Below, one piece after another: positions 21,321 to 39,489 of a stretch of 64,000 nt of DNA (positions are counted from its first letter, which is position 1; every line of letters starts with the position of its first letter). The notes below the pieces were generated by a model that worked only from the letters and a program-made list of their open reading frames with translations, made no database searches and had not been told where the DNA came from. The translations under genes were made by a program, and so were the position numbers. Source of the DNA: the human T2T-CHM13v2.0 reference genome, Homo sapiens; the NCBI RefSeq assembly GCF_009914755.1, contig NC_060939.1, one strand, 5' to 3'.

Positions 21321-22299
21321 GTTGCACATCATGTATCTCATAAGAAGTGAACATTCAGAATACGTAAAGTACTCCTACAGAGAGACTACCAGAAGCAGAG
21401 AGGAGCAGACACATTTTCACACTAGGGCACCTCCTATCTCTCCCGGATTCCAATTACGGCAGAGTAAGTGCTAGTTCTCTGCCAACCCAGGATTAGGCCC
21501 TGCAGCTGCAGTGAAAATAATCACAGAAGAAAATTAAGAAATAAAAAAATGGAGAAAGTGAGACATCAAACTAAAATTACTAGAAACCCCAAGGAAGAAA
21601 GAAAAAGAAACGAAGAAAACAGAAAAACAATTAAACCAGTTAATTAAACCTTGGCATGACCAGAAGATCAGAGTTTCCTAAAGGAGTGGAAATTTATTGA
21701 TTTGAAGAGGATTTATTGATTACTGATTTGAAGAGGAAGAAAAACCATGAATGGTCTAAAGCAAAAGCCTAGTGTCTGAAGAAGTCAGTAGGGTGAAAAC
21801 AAGAGCTGGCCAGAATATCCACAGATGGTGACAAGTTGGCAAAGCCTTTACTAGACTACTCGTGAGGCTAACTAGAGGCCAAGGAGCCGACACTGCCCCG
21901 TCCTTACAGAGAGACCCTACACAGGATTCCCAGATATACATGGAAGGACAACATCTTATCAGGTCCTCTCTGTGCAGATGTGGTTATCATTCCAAATAAT
22001 GAGCTCCAGCCCCAAGACTGTTCCATCCTCAATTGCTTTGAGTGGGCAATGTAGGCTCTCCACACACGACCTACATGTAGGTTCCTTGGGTACCCAGATG
22101 GGAGCCATGAAACACAAACCCTCCATGGTCAGGTCTGTATTTGTTTCCTGCCTTTTTCCCAGCAATCCCCAGGCCCCAGCAGTGGTGGTCTACCTCTGCT
22201 GATTCTCATTCAGAATCTAAACTTAGAAACAATTATAACCTAGACCCCAATTCTACCTGAAAGTAACAGAATAACATAATCTATACCCTGCAGCATGAC

Positions 22300-24790
<2,491 letters not shown>

Positions 24791-24799
24791 TTATAAAAA

Positions 24800-26940
24800 T
24801 CATATTTCTGGTAGACTAAAGGTGACAACATCTTTCCTGCTCCTCTCTCTGTGAGAACCAATTCCCCTTAAACCTTGCCCAGACTACTGACTTGCTTGGC
24901 CAACAGAAGGTGACAAAGGTGGTATTTGGGGACTTCAGAAGCCAGGCTGAGAAAACAGAACACTTATCCAGGAGAAAGCCAGTCACCAGGCAGGAAATCC
25001 CACTCCCCTGAGACCCCATGATGGAAACCACACGGCCAGTCCATGACTAGCTACATGCATTGACATCCCCCATTGACCCTCTAGCAACACCGACTCCCAA
25101 CCACTAGTGAGCCTTCAGCAACATCCCCTCCCAACCACTAGTGAGCCACCCTGCACACCACCCCGCTGTGCTTTCACACAATCCAGCTTGGCTGCAACTG
25201 TGTGTGAGATGAGCTGGCCACCAAGACTCTCTAAGCCAAAAAACAAGTAATAATGAGTTGTTTTAAGCTGCCAAGTTTTGGGGATGGTTTCTTCAGAATA
25301 GATAACTGGAACAGAATATTGTAGCTGGAAATGAGCCGCTGTGGTAATCAGAAGCTACAATATGTGCCACGACTGTGAGGCTGACCTGTAACTGGGCCTC
25401 AAGGAGAACATTCATGCAACCTGGAAGGGCAACAAGACTCTTGGTCAGGGCCTGAAAGACGGTGAGAAAATGTCATTGGAAACTGGGGAAAAGGCCTGAG
25501 AGTTATGTGCTGAGGGACTGTGAGAAAACTATGGCCACAACATGGAAACTGAAAGGGCACTGCACCATCTCAGGGATCTGCCTAAGGAGACATCTGGGAA
25601 GAACATGGAAAGTGCTATCAGCCTCCCCTAACTGTCACTGAATAAACATGACAGGAGAGGGACATGATCTAAAGAAGGAAGTTCAGTTTTCAAACAAAAT
25701 TTAGAGAAAATATAAAGAAATAATTTCTTGTCTCAAAAGGCCAAAGAAAAAAAAAAGAAAAAAAAAAATTATAAAGAAGCCATTGAATACCCTATTGACC
25801 ATAAGAAAAAGGCAGAGAAAGTTGGTCAACGGCAACCCAGGCACTGAAGGAAAAAGAACATGGAGAATGACAAAAGCCCAGAGGGAGGAGTAAAAGGACA
25901 CAAACGCCGTTCTCAGGGACAAGGACTGGGCGCCGTTCTCAGGGACCTGGACTGGGCACTAATCACAGAACTGTAACAGGCGCCCCATGGTAATGACCAA
26001 CTGTTAGACGGGGCCTGCAGGGCAGCACCTCCCTCCTGCCTCCCACCAACAGCTTCTACAGGGAAATGCCGACTGTTTTCACACCAGTCCCCTCACTGCG
26101 GCTGAGTGTGTGGGCACAGATGATAGGTCACAACAACCTTATTCAGTCCTCACTGTGGCTGAGTGCGTCAGGGGCAGACAACAGGCCACCACAACCTGAT
26201 TCAGTCCTCACTGTGGCTGTGTGTGGGGGGGCAGATGACAGGCCACCACAACTTGATTCAGTCCTCACTGCGGCTGAGTGTGTGTGGGTGCAGGTGACAG
26301 GCCACCACAACCTGATTCAGGATTCAGTTGGGCTACCAGCCAGTGCCATAAGGAAAACCACTCTGGGACTCTTGAGAGGGGCAAAGCATAATTTGCATGT
26401 GGGAGAAACGTTAGTAGTTTGTGGCCAGAGGACAAACTGTGGTTTATTAAAGACTGCTGCAGGTTCCTACTATGCTTCTCATCAAGAGGTGGAATCTAAT
26501 CACCTTCCCCCCTTGAATCATGGCTGGTCTCAGTGATGAGTACGACTGGACAGTGTGGCAGGAGAGATGTTCTGGGACTTCTGAGGGATGATCATGAGAG
26601 ACCTTACAGCTTCTGCCTGGGCCTCTTGGACACATACACTGGGAGAAGCCAGACAAACCTGACTACCTGACACTGCCAGACTGGGAGGAAGTCCGTGCTG
26701 GCCACAAAGAGAGGGCTTGGTGCCTGCTCCATGTCCCCAGCCACTAGAGTCCTTCTGGTGCCTGCTTCACGTCCCCAGCCACTAGAGTCCTTCCAGATGA
26801 GACCAGGGACATCATGAAGCAGCCAACCCACATTGCCCTGTCCAGTGTCTTGACCCAGAAAATTGTGACATGTAAAAAGAATAAATTCCTGGTTTAAGCC
26901 AGTAAGGTTACTGGTACATTGTTACATTGCAGATAATTAA
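24800..26940 (+). mobile_element. MLT1 (MaLR) element: LTR, internal remnant, LTR
   Basis: LTR ends TTGTTTTAAGCTGCCAAGTTTTGGGGATGG...ATAGATAACTGGAACA (~25313) and GTTTAAGCCAGTAAG...GCAGATAATTAAAAC (~26943), with MLT-int-like sequence between. Confidence 0.6.
26086..26320. repeat. ~58-bp tandem repeat x4
   Basis: CAGTCCTCACTG(C/T)GGCTG...CAGGCCACCACAACCTGATT repeated four times. Confidence 0.9.
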
Positions 26941-27668
26941 AACCTTGAAAAACTCATGAGAGATCCCAAGTAAAACCTTGATCTGAAACATGGCATGTGG
27001 CGATTTATATTGAGTATTAGGTTAAAAATGCAAGATTGGAGAATAGTTAATATTTTACGTTAAAGCTAAAACTATAATTGCCCACTTAAAATTTTCAGTT
27101 AATTAGGTTGTCACTTTTTGTTCTTAACCAAGAAATCAACTAGTTTTAGTCCATAAACAGTTGGAACTGATGCACACATCCGTTTTTCCTTACTCATTTT
27201 AAGCAGCTATCTGAAATAGGAAGCATAATATAATCTTTAAAGAATCTGAAAATATGACAGAAATGTTTAAACTATAAACATATATTGTAAATGTTAGCAT
27301 ATTATATACATTGCATATTAACATAAGCTAAAATCATTGATATAAATTTATATAAACAAAAGGTAGAAAATATGACAATGTTCTTCTTGTTTTTTGTCTT
27401 TGCATATTTCTTTATTGGCCCTTGTCAAACGTGACCCACTAACTCCTGAATGCTTTCTCTCTCCCCATGGATTCCTAAGGATGTCACCACAGTGCTGGCC
27501 AGATGCACAGATCACAGGTGACTGAACCTCATCACCCCACGAACACACCCTTCAGGTTTTGCCAAGAATGACACTGTAAATATAACAAAGCTCCTGTGCT
27601 TGTTAGTGAACACCAATTCAGCTTCTCTCCTGTATTTGGAAATCAGGATGAGATGAAAACAACAAGCA

Positions 27669-27971
27669 GGCCAGGCACGGTGGCTCACGCCTGTAATCCC
27701 AGCACTTTGGGAGGCCGAGGCGAGTGGATCACCTGAGGTCGGGAGTTCGAGACACCCTGATCAAAACAGAGAAACCCCATCTCTACTAAAAATACAAAAT
27801 TAGCCGGGCGTGGTGGCACATGCCTGTAATACCAGCTACTCAGGAGCTGAGGCAGGAGAATTGCTTGAACCCAGGAGGTGGAGGCTGCAGTGAGCTGAGA
27901 TCACACCACTGCGCTCTAGCCTGGGCAACAAGAGCGAAACTCTGTCTCAAAAAATAAAAATAAAAATAAAA
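27669..27971 (+). mobile_element. AluSp-like element
   Basis: GTCGGGAGTTCGAGAC diagnostic. TSD-like AAAA(C/G)AACAAG on both sides. Confidence 0.9.
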
Positions 27972-28982
27972 GAACAAGGAAACAAAAGCAACAAGGCTTG
28001 ACACCAGATGAGCCTGAATCTAAGCAAGAAAAGCCCAGAAGAAATCCCATTTTGGGTCACTGGCTGCATGGTAGTAATGCCATACACATAAGGAAGAGAA
28101 GAGGATGTGGCTTTCACTTCGAATTTTTTGAGCTTAAGGTAAATTTGGATAGCTACAAAGAAGCATTCAACAGAGAGTTAAACCTATGATGGAAAGACTG
28201 AAGAGGTCCAAGCTGTAGAGAAACAGGACTGCAAACCACAAAGGGCTGAATCAGTCAAGGAGAACTGCAGGGCAAGATGAACAGGGACCAATGGAACATT
28301 TGGATAAGCTGTTGAGAAGAAAGGAGAATTCAGAGAAAAAGAACTGTCAGTGAGGTCATAATAGGAACTGTTACAGTGAACTAAATATGGCCTGGGAAGG
28401 ACTCTGTACTTCTAGATTTGAGTCCCTGTGGACAAACTGCAACCTAACTTAATAGGTAGAAAGACTGAAAACCTAACTTAGGAGTATGTGCCTAAAACAG
28501 TAGCTGAGTCCTGGCCAATCCCAACAGCCAAACTTCTGCCACTCACACACTGCTGAGTGGTCAGCTGTGTTCAAATAAGGCAAATGCTGAGCACTGTAAC
28601 CAGTCCAGTTGTTTCTGGACCTCACTGCTGAGAACTGTAATGGACCCAGTTGCTTCTAGACCTCACTCCTCACTTCAGATTTTTGTACATCATGTTCCCT
28701 TTATTGTCTATAAATCTTCCACCATGTGTCTGTGCTGGAGTCTCACTGAATCTGCTGTGATTCTGGGGGCTGCCTGATTCGTGAATCATTCATTGCTCAA
28801 TTAAGCTCCTTTAAATTTAATTCAGCTGAAGATTTTCTTTTAATAGATGGTGTCAGAAGTGGGATCCGTGGGAGCAGGACTGCTAGGGCCTCTGGAGCTA
28901 TACTGTGGTGAGCAGTGTTGCTAAGCCTTCTAATGACCCCCAGAGTGCTGAGGTACAAGGAAGGAACCTGAAAGGACCCATT

Positions 28983-30239
28983 TGTGATGGCAGCAGTGGC
29001 CCACGTGGAGCAGTTGCTATGGAGACACTGGCTGCAGTGGGGAGGAGTGGCTGGGGCTGTGCACTCCTCAGAGCTGGTGGGAGCCAGGAATGGGTGGGAG
29101 ACCTGCCCCTTCTAAATTATCAGGCAGGAGCCCCGCCCTCCCAGGCACAGCTGCAGCCATCCAGCCATGACTGCAAACCCAGGCATCTCTGCACTCTCAG
29201 AGGCCCAGCAAGCCCCCCTGCCCCGCAGGCTCAGTTGTACCTGGTCCTGCCACCTGGCGTCTCTCTGCTTCCAGAGCCCACTCCAAATTCAGATCCAAGT
29301 TGAGGCCAAACCTGGGCACAGTCACAACCTGGCCTGGTTTGTGCAAGCTCAGGGCAGTGCTGACATGCCAGCCCCCTGCCACCTCGGCCCCCTCCAGAAT
29401 TTGGGCACTGGCAAGCACAGGAGGGAGGCTGAGGTGTGGCTAAGAGTGGCTCAGCAGTGGCCGGAAGGCCCTCCTCAGCTCGAACGCCTGGGCACTATGG
29501 GCACAGCTACCCACCGTGCGTCTCCTCTCAGCTGCTGAGAGCTGAACAGACGTTGGGATGACCTGCCTGCAGAAAGGAGCTACCCACTGCAGGTCTCCTC
29601 TGAGCTGTACTGTGGCTCAATAAAGCACCTCTTCACCTTGCTCACCTTCTACTTGTCCACATACCTCATTTTTCCTGGACTCAGGACAAGAACTCAGGAC
29701 CTGCCAACTAGCAGGGCTGAAAGAGGTGTAACATAAACAGGGCTGAAACGCTATCCTTTCTTGCCAAATTGCAGGCAAGAAGAAGAGAAGAGAGAAGGAG
29801 AGAAGAGCTGTGTCCCTTCAGGGAACACAGACCTAGGAGCTCCTCCAACCAGGGCTGTGACACCTTCTTTGGGGCTCTGCAGGTCCTGCATCTCCAAGCT
29901 TCTGGGTGCCACTGCATTCCCTGATACCCACAGTGGAAGTTGTTTGCAGTCGGCCTGGTCCAGCTGCAGCCTCACAGGGAGCTGGCACCTGTGCCTGGAG
30001 CTGCCCACCCCACTGCAGCTGGCATGCTTGGCTGTGTGCAGTGGCCAGATCCCATGCTCGCTTGCTCACACACCCCTCACTGCTCTGTACCCAGCTCGCC
30101 CTTGGCAGGTGTGGGATCCAGACCACTAGCATGAGCTGAGTGGACAGAACTAACCCAGTGGGCCCGAGCAAAACACAGGTAAAGGTGCCACCAGCCAGAG
30201 GTTTCAGGCAGAAAAGTGACACCTCAGGATTCTGTAACA
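28983..30239 (+). mobile_element. MER52-like LTR nested in the MER57 provirus
   Basis: TG...CA ends, GC-rich body, AATAAA at ~29619, 3' end GAGGTTTCAGGCAGAAAAGTGACACCTCAGGATTCTGTAACA. Confidence 0.75.
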
Positions 30240-31180
30240 CTTGTGTCCTTTGATCTCTCGGAGCAGCTGGAGATCATGGTAAATTTTCTCTCGGATTTCA
30301 GAGCTCCATGGATTTGTGTTTTGAGCTCTGAGTTTCTTTGAGCAAATTTCTGTTCCAAACTGCTATCCAGCCATGACTGGCTGGATGTTTTAGAAGTTAT
30401 AACAGAAAAGGGACCGGGTCCAGGATCAGATTTGATCCAGTAGTTAATTGGCTTGAATCCAGTTCCAGTTAGAGGCCTCCTACATCTGACTGGGTCAGAA
30501 GGAAAGTGGTAGTAAATGATAATATTGGAAGATTGTAACATTTGGCTTTTGAAAATTCACAGGGATTTTTGTGTTCTACCCCTTTGTTTCATTTTTCTCG
30601 CACGCTTAGGCAGGAAAAAAAAATCATTGGCTAAGTTAATGAAGGGAACCTGGGAGTAAAGCCAATATTTTAGGTAAAAATAGGATCCTTAATTTCTGGA
30701 AAACTAAGCTCCTTCTGGCTAATACATTAGGCCTGGGAAGCAGCAAAGTCTTACAGAAATGGCAAAATCTTATTAAGATAACTTACAGTGGAACATTTCA
30801 AATGAATAATGCCCTGAAGTGCATTTAAAAATGAGGGTTCCCAAATTAGTCTCATCTAGGGATGCCTATTAATATGCAGAAGCTTCTAAAAAGATTTAGA
30901 GATGGCACCGCCCATCTGGGAGCAAGTTTGAGTCTTACCAGTTTGATACTGGGTGCTGAGCAAAGTGGCACGTGTCTATGTTTTGTCACATGTATTTTGC
31001 TCTGGGCAGAATGAAAAATGTTAATTTGGTTACTCCAAGCAACCCCTTGGGCAGCATCTTGCAAAGCTGAGTGGATTCTTCCTGTGATTCCATGATTTTC
31101 CATTGTGATGCAGCTTGGCCCCCAGAGCTATAATGTGGTGAGGAGGGTGACAGAGCAAGACGCAATCTTTAAAAAAAAAT

Positions 31181-33352
<2,172 letters not shown>

Positions 33353-34556
33353 CTAAATCACCAATATTGAAATTGTTTAGATATATAATTTAAATAAACT
33401 CCATGGTCTAAGCCAAATTACCTATAACTCATCAGTTACCAGTGCCATGCACCTAATTTGAAGAAACAGCTGGTATTCAAGAGGATGTAAGTCTAATGTT
33501 AATTAAGCACAGACTTATGAAGAACCAGGATGGCCACCTTTCCGTCTTAAGTCCTTAAAACTTTTGTTATTAAAAGTTCTGCATTCCATAACTCATCATG
33601 GAAAGAGAAAATGATCCAAATTAAATATATTGCTGTGGTGATCTCTAAATTGCTAAAATAGTTTATAATCAATGTTTGGTTTGTCAAACCTATATTCCTA
33701 GGAAAACAATCAAAACTTCAGGTGCATTTGGTTACCTGATGGGCCATTTAAACATTTTATAAAGGGATTTCATTCAGTTGTCATTTTCAGTGCATGTTTT
33801 CTGATTGTAAAAAAGCTCTTCCATGCAAGAGGGTTGATGTTAAAACAGTAGATTATTATGCTGAAGTGTATTTTCACCAGATAAAGAAAGACTTTTATGG
33901 TTCACAGAGGACAGCCAACCCCTTCACAATCTAGAATCTGATGACTGGATCTTCTGAGAACATCAGAGGACTGCCCTTGCCATTCACATGACAGCAAAAC
34001 ATTAAAACCTTAAACTTTGGGTTCATAGTCTTACAACTCAGAAGGGTCCCTCCACAATTGGAACCATACACCCCTTGGAACCCTTAAGGTAAAGCTAACA
34101 AGGACAGTTCCCCCCCAGAAGAAGATGGCATCCTTAATGTGAACAGCTTTTCCCAAGATCACAGATCAAGACTTCTCTACTATTATGAGACTCTTATCTT
34201 AAGTATCTGTGCAGCTGCTAACATGGCATATGGAGAAAACATCGGGTATTATAAAGATTTGGTTGTAGGGAATTAACAAAAAAACCCACTTAGTTAAGCA
34301 AGTAAACTCTTTATCTAATTCATTCTTTAATCTATTTGATTTTAGGTGGTTTGATTTATGGGGACCCTGAGTAAGGAGCATATACCAAATTCTTGGTGTT
34401 ATCCCAATAGTCATAAGAGTCTCCCTGGTGCACTGTACTTACTCAAATGTTTTAAGAGTTTGCATGCAGCCATCTCTAAAATGTCAAATGGTATCTCTTC
34501 AACTGGAATGACAACAGATTAAAAAAATGTGCAATCATAAGGACACCGTAACCTAT

Positions 34557-34836
34557 GAGTGACATGCTAAACCAGAAACCCAAAACAATGGGAGTGACAT
34601 GCTAAACCAGAAACCCAAAACAATGGGACTGATGTACTAAAACCGGAACCCAAAACAATGGGAGTGATGTACTAAAACCAGAACCCAAAACAATGGGAGT
34701 GACATGCTAAACCAGAAACCCAAAACAATGGGAGTAACATGCTAAAACCAGAACCCAAAACAATGGGAGTGACGTGCTAAAACCATTACCCAAAACAATG
34801 GGAGTGATGTGCTAAACCGGAAACCCAAAACAATGG
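34557..34836. repeat. 35-bp minisatellite x8
   Basis: Unit GAGTGACATGCTAAACCAGAAACCCAAAACAATGG, eight abutting copies with no spacers. Confidence 0.95.
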
Positions 34837-34911
34837 TAACTAAGAGTGAGGCTAAGGCCCTACATTTTGGTCACACTCTCAACTAAGTGAGAACTTGACT
34901 GAAAAGGAGGA

Positions 34912-35207
34912 TTTTTTTTTTTTTCTGAGACAGAGTCTTGCTCTGTCCCCCAGAGTGGAGTGCAGTGGCATGATCTCGGCTCACTGCAAGCTCTGCCTCC
35001 CGGGTTCAGGCCATTCTCCTGCCTCAGCCTCCTGAGTAGCTGGGACTACAGGCACCCGCCAGCATGCTTGGCTATTTTTTTGTGTATTTAGTAGAGATGA
35101 GGTTTCACCGTATTAGCAAGGATGGTCTCAATCTCCTGATCTCGTGATCTGCCCACCTCGGCCTCCCAAAGTGCTGGGATTACAGGCATGAGCCACCGTG
35201 CCCAGCC
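34912..35207 (-). mobile_element. AluY-like element inserted in a polypurine tract
   Basis: CTGCAAGCTC diagnostic. TSD AAAAGGAGGA on both sides. Confidence 0.9.
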
Positions 35208-36021
35208 AAAAGGAGGAATTTTTTAAGCAAAATTATGGGAGGCCATTGTTTTGAACTAAGCTCATGCAATAGGTCCCAACAGAACAAACCAAACCAAAAT
35301 GGAGTCACTCATGTTAAATGGAACATAATCAAACTAAGACTTTAAGGAAACACATAAATCCTAGAACAAACCAGGTTTTGTTTTTCTCCTGTAAACAGGA
35401 TGTTCCAGCATAAGAAGACACCTTCTACTCAAGTCCTTGTTCCACCTTTTCAAATCTCACTGTTCTATTTCCCAGTGGGTTTCTAAACCAAATAAGTACA
35501 TTTGCAAGGGTAATAGTGACACCAGTGACTGAAGTTTTGGCCAGTCTCTCAAAATTGAGAAAATAACCAAAGGGAAGGCATTGTTAAAGTGAACTAAGTA
35601 TGTCCTGAGAAGGACTCCATAATTATATATATGAGTCCTTGTGGATGACCTGCAACCTACCTTAATAGGTAAACAAGAATGAAAACCTAACTTGAGTGTA
35701 TGCACCTCAAACAACAGCTACATCTTGGTCAATCCCAATGGCCAAACTTCAACCACTCAGGCACTGCCAAATGTTCAAACTGTGCTCAAACAAGGCAAAC
35801 GCTGAGTTGTTTCTGTACCTCACTTCCGATTTCGGTATGCCACTTCCCTTTTGTCTACAAATCTTCTTCCACCACATGACTGTGCTGGAGTCTCTGTGAA
35901 TCTGCTGTGATTCTGGGGACTTTCCGATTCATGAATCGTTTATTGCTCAATTAAACTCCTTTAAAGTTTTTCTTTTAACAGAACTAACACGGAAGAATTT
36001 CCAGATCATGAACAGATGTTT

Positions 36022-36627
36022 TATAATACCCAACGTTGTATTAACATGAATAGACTCTTCCTTAGATAGCTAACCTTGTTTTTAATATGAATAGACTCTC
36101 CCTTAGCTGAGAAAACCAGACAAACTCCATTTGGCTCCTTCATTTACAAGACATCAAGGGCTCCTTACCCACCCCCTTTCCTCAAGGACTTTAACTTGTG
36201 CAAGCTGATTTTCAACATATCAAAGAGTGCAATTAACTGATAAAGTGCTGAGGCAAGTGATGTCCGCAGTTCCCAGCAAATTACTCAGAGATAATATCAT
36301 AAAGCCCCCACATTTGTCTGGAAGATAATGCCCAGAGCCCCCTCACTCATCACTTTGTGGTGAATTTAAAGCCTCTGCACCTGGAACAGTTTGTTTTCCT
36401 GTAACCATCTGTCTTTTTAAGTTTTTTGTCTGTTTTTTCTTCTGTAAGTTTATTGCAGCTGGAATCCCCCCTCCCCTCTCTAAACCAATGTATAAAAGAA
36501 AATCTAGCCCATTCTTTAGGGCCGAGAGTATTTCCTGTGTTAGCCGTCTCTCAGTCACCAGCTAATAAAGGACTCCTGAATTCGTCTCAAAGTGTGGCAT
36601 TTCTCTGTAACTCGTTTGGGTACGACA
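36022..36627 (+). mobile_element. Solo ERV1 LTR (LTR6-like)
   Basis: TSD GTTT (36018-36021 / 36628-36631), TATAAAA at ~36491, AATAAA at ~36564, end CGTTTGGGTACGACA. Family name is tentative. Confidence 0.7.
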
Positions 36628-36974
36628 GTTTCAACTATGGTAGAAGACTCGAGTAAGACAAATACAGCCCCCCTAAATTTGACTATTATTTAGGTTAATG
36701 GTGAGTTTAGAAGAAATAAGTTAAGACTACACAGAGTGGGCTAAATTGCAAATAAACACTGAAAATATTTCCCAGAAAATGTGACTTTGAACAGGCTGCT
36801 GCACACCCTGCATGTAGAGATAAACTAAGAAAAATGTGTGGAGAGTTATTTAAGGACCTGTGGTTAACTCAGTCCTCAAGATGTTCTGGGTTTCATCCAT
36901 GAGTCAAGGAGGACCTCCCAAAAGCTGTTTGGGACCACACTCTTTGAGCAAGGAGCATACCTTATGATGGAAGC

Positions 36975-37183
36975 TGTGCTTTAGCAGGAGATGACCATTT
37001 CCACTGCACAACACGCCGTGCTTTAGCAGACGATGACCATTTCCACTGTACAACATGCTGTGCTTTAGCGTCAGATGACCATTTCCACTGCACAACACGC
37101 CATGCTTTAGCGGAAAATGACCATTTCCACTGCACAACACGCCATGCCTTAGCGGAAGATGACTGTTTCCACTGCACAACACT
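36975..37183. repeat. 42-bp tandem repeat x5
   Basis: TGCTTTAGC..A.ATGACCATTTCCACTGCACAACACGC units, giving 14-aa periodic ORFs on the minus strand. Confidence 0.95.
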
Positions 37184-37575
37184 ACAAGTGCTTACTGCCA
37201 GACCGGTGTGAAATATGTTCCAGCACATAATCTATGTCACCAATGAAGGTGGTGGTTAAGACTTGGTGCACACAAGCTTTCCTGTCCCACAAGAACACAG
37301 CATGCTCTCTTTTCGGGTTCCATTCCAATCACATAACAAACATGACTGCCTTTTTTGTTTCGGCATCAGAAAGATCAGAGGAAACTTTGCACTCAACTTA
37401 GACAACTCTAAGCTTTTATAACCTGTCTATATCTACAGGTCAGCTTTATCTTATTTATGTATATTTCCTTCAACCTGAGTTTTACTTATTTCCACTTTTC
37501 CTTTTTAATTCACAGACACCCATAAACTCAGAAAATACAGTGTAAAACAAAGTGAAGAACAAATAAAAAACTCAC

Positions 37576-37634
37576 CAGAGATTTATTCGTTTCTTGTTGC
37601 TCTTGGAAACACCCAGAGGACACTGGAAACATAG
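37576..37634 (-). pseudogene. ZNF717: ZNF717-type exon 2 (start-codon exon) of a duplicated or chimeric transcript
   Basis: Minus strand: TTCTCTTCCAG|CT ATG TTT CCA GTG TCC TCT GGG TGT TTC CAA GAG CAA CAA GAA ACG AAT AAA TCT CTG|GTGAGT = MFPVSSGCFQEQQETNKSL. Similar to the ZNF717 N-terminus as recalled (MFPVFSGCFQELQEKNKSL). Consensus splice sites. Confidence 0.75.
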
Positions 37635-38229
37635 CTGGAAGAGAAGGCAAATGATGTCGATTAAGGAGAGAACTGGTGAGGTGTGGTCCCAGATTCTTCT
37701 GCCCAACACTCTAGACACATTACCTGGAAAAGCCCTCCTCCCTCCGGAAAAAGAAAAACTTCCCCATGGGAGAAGAGTCCTTCACACCTCATTAGGGGCA
37801 GCAAAGACTCAAGTTAAGATAAGATACATCTACAAGTACATTAATTGGTAGACATTAGATGCACAATTTATTTTTGAATAAAAATATGTAGTACCTACAA
37901 ATTTAGTAACAATATTACCTAAAGATATAATCTAATAATTTAATACAAAGAAACATTATAAGTTCACTAAAATAAATGTTATAGAAATATACTGGGCTGT
38001 ATTAACTATTTTCCTATTAACATGTGGATTCCACAGATAACTTCTTATGAGTATTCCCATGACAGTACATCTTGCTTTTCTATACCTGAACATCATGGAA
38101 AGTGCATCTTGCAACCCAGCAATTTTGGCCTACGTTTTTTAAAATGTACATAATATGTATTTCCTGCAGTACACCGTTCTACTCATGTTTCCCAATAACA
38201 CCTTTCCCTGTATCCAAGCCCTCATATTA

Positions 38230-38625
38230 TGCTCTGACAATAAATTGGGCTTTTCCATCTGACTTGTCCAGTGAATGGACAATGGAAAATGTGATGCAAA
38301 TATCCATTGGTTCTTGCCTTTTTGGACACAGTCATATTGTGAAGAGGTCTGGAGCTACCCTGTTGGAAACACAGGGCCTAGCCAAGAGTCACCACAAACC
38401 ACCAGATTGTGAAGGAAACTATCTTAAACCAACCAGGCTCAGTCAAGGCACCAGGTGACTAAGGCCTGTTTTGTGATCCAGGCAACACAAATATATCAAC
38501 TACCCAGCTGAACCCACCACACCAAAATGCAGATCCACAGAACTTCAAACAAATAAAATGGTGGTTGTTTTTTATAAGCTAGTAAGGTTTAATTAGTTCC
38601 TTAAACAGCAAATATTAACTGTTAC
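38230..38625 (+). mobile_element. MLT1 LTR fragment
   Basis: AATAAAATGGTGGTTGTTTTTTATAAGCTAGTAAGG...CAGCAAATATTAACTGTTACA is a MaLR-like 3' end. Confidence 0.55.
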
Positions 38626-39489
38626 ACCTAAGTGAATAGAATTCAATATGTTTTTAACGAAATTATGTAGGGGGAGAAAGTCTTAAATTACAAATGAAAT
38701 GCAATCAATAGAACTTCACAATCTATGCTAAATTTGGTGATGGACTAGGTTTAATATATCTCAGACACTGGAAACAACAAGCTAAGTTTGAAGGAATGGG
38801 ACTGTATTTGGAGAGTATTTCAATCTTTTCAAGTATGACAGGTCACTCCTGCACCCCAGACCACACTTTCAGGCCCCTTCAAATAAGGAATATTTCCTAG
38901 GTCCTTGCCTGTTCTTCTCAGCTGAATTCACCTCAACCTTCTGAAAGTTCTTCCAAACCTTCCACTATCACCTAGTCTTTGCAAATCTTGTGCATTCTAG
39001 GGAGTAGAATTAATATTTCCTGAGCGAGGAAAACTGGGATCTTCACCTGCGACCTTTTATCCTCCTCTGAAGCACCAGTGAGAAGTTAGACCAGAGGGCT
39101 GTTCTTTCAAGTGCGCCTCTTATTCATAGGGAACCCTCCCTTTCAAACTTTATAACACACAGTGAAGACTGAAGTACTCTTAAGGCTGAAGACCATCATC
39201 CAGTACCCCATCTCCCTCGCGGAATCAGTGAGTTCCTCCATGGAAACTAGGTCTCGTATAAACTTCCATAAATGCAATCCAGGAGGACTAGGCAGGTCAC
39301 ACAGTGAAGGAGGGAACCAGAAACTTCACTTGCTAAATAGACACCAGGAAACCCAACTAATACAAACGCCCAGCTGAAGACTAGAGGCACACGCATTTCG
39401 CACTACTCCTCTGGGAATGGGGAACGTCTCCCGAGAACTGTGTGTTAGCACGGGGACAGATGGGCAAACTGAGCTACATGAGGGTTGGT

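Noticed and set aside
27545-27575. Minus-strand GTGTCATTC / AAACCTGAA resembling KRAB VSF or KPE codons
   Set aside because: No continuing KRAB homology (no DVAV, EEW, LYRDVM or KLEQG).
34557-34836. 35-bp repeat resembling CRISPR direct repeats
   Set aside because: The units are contiguous with no spacers. It is a minisatellite inside an ERV.
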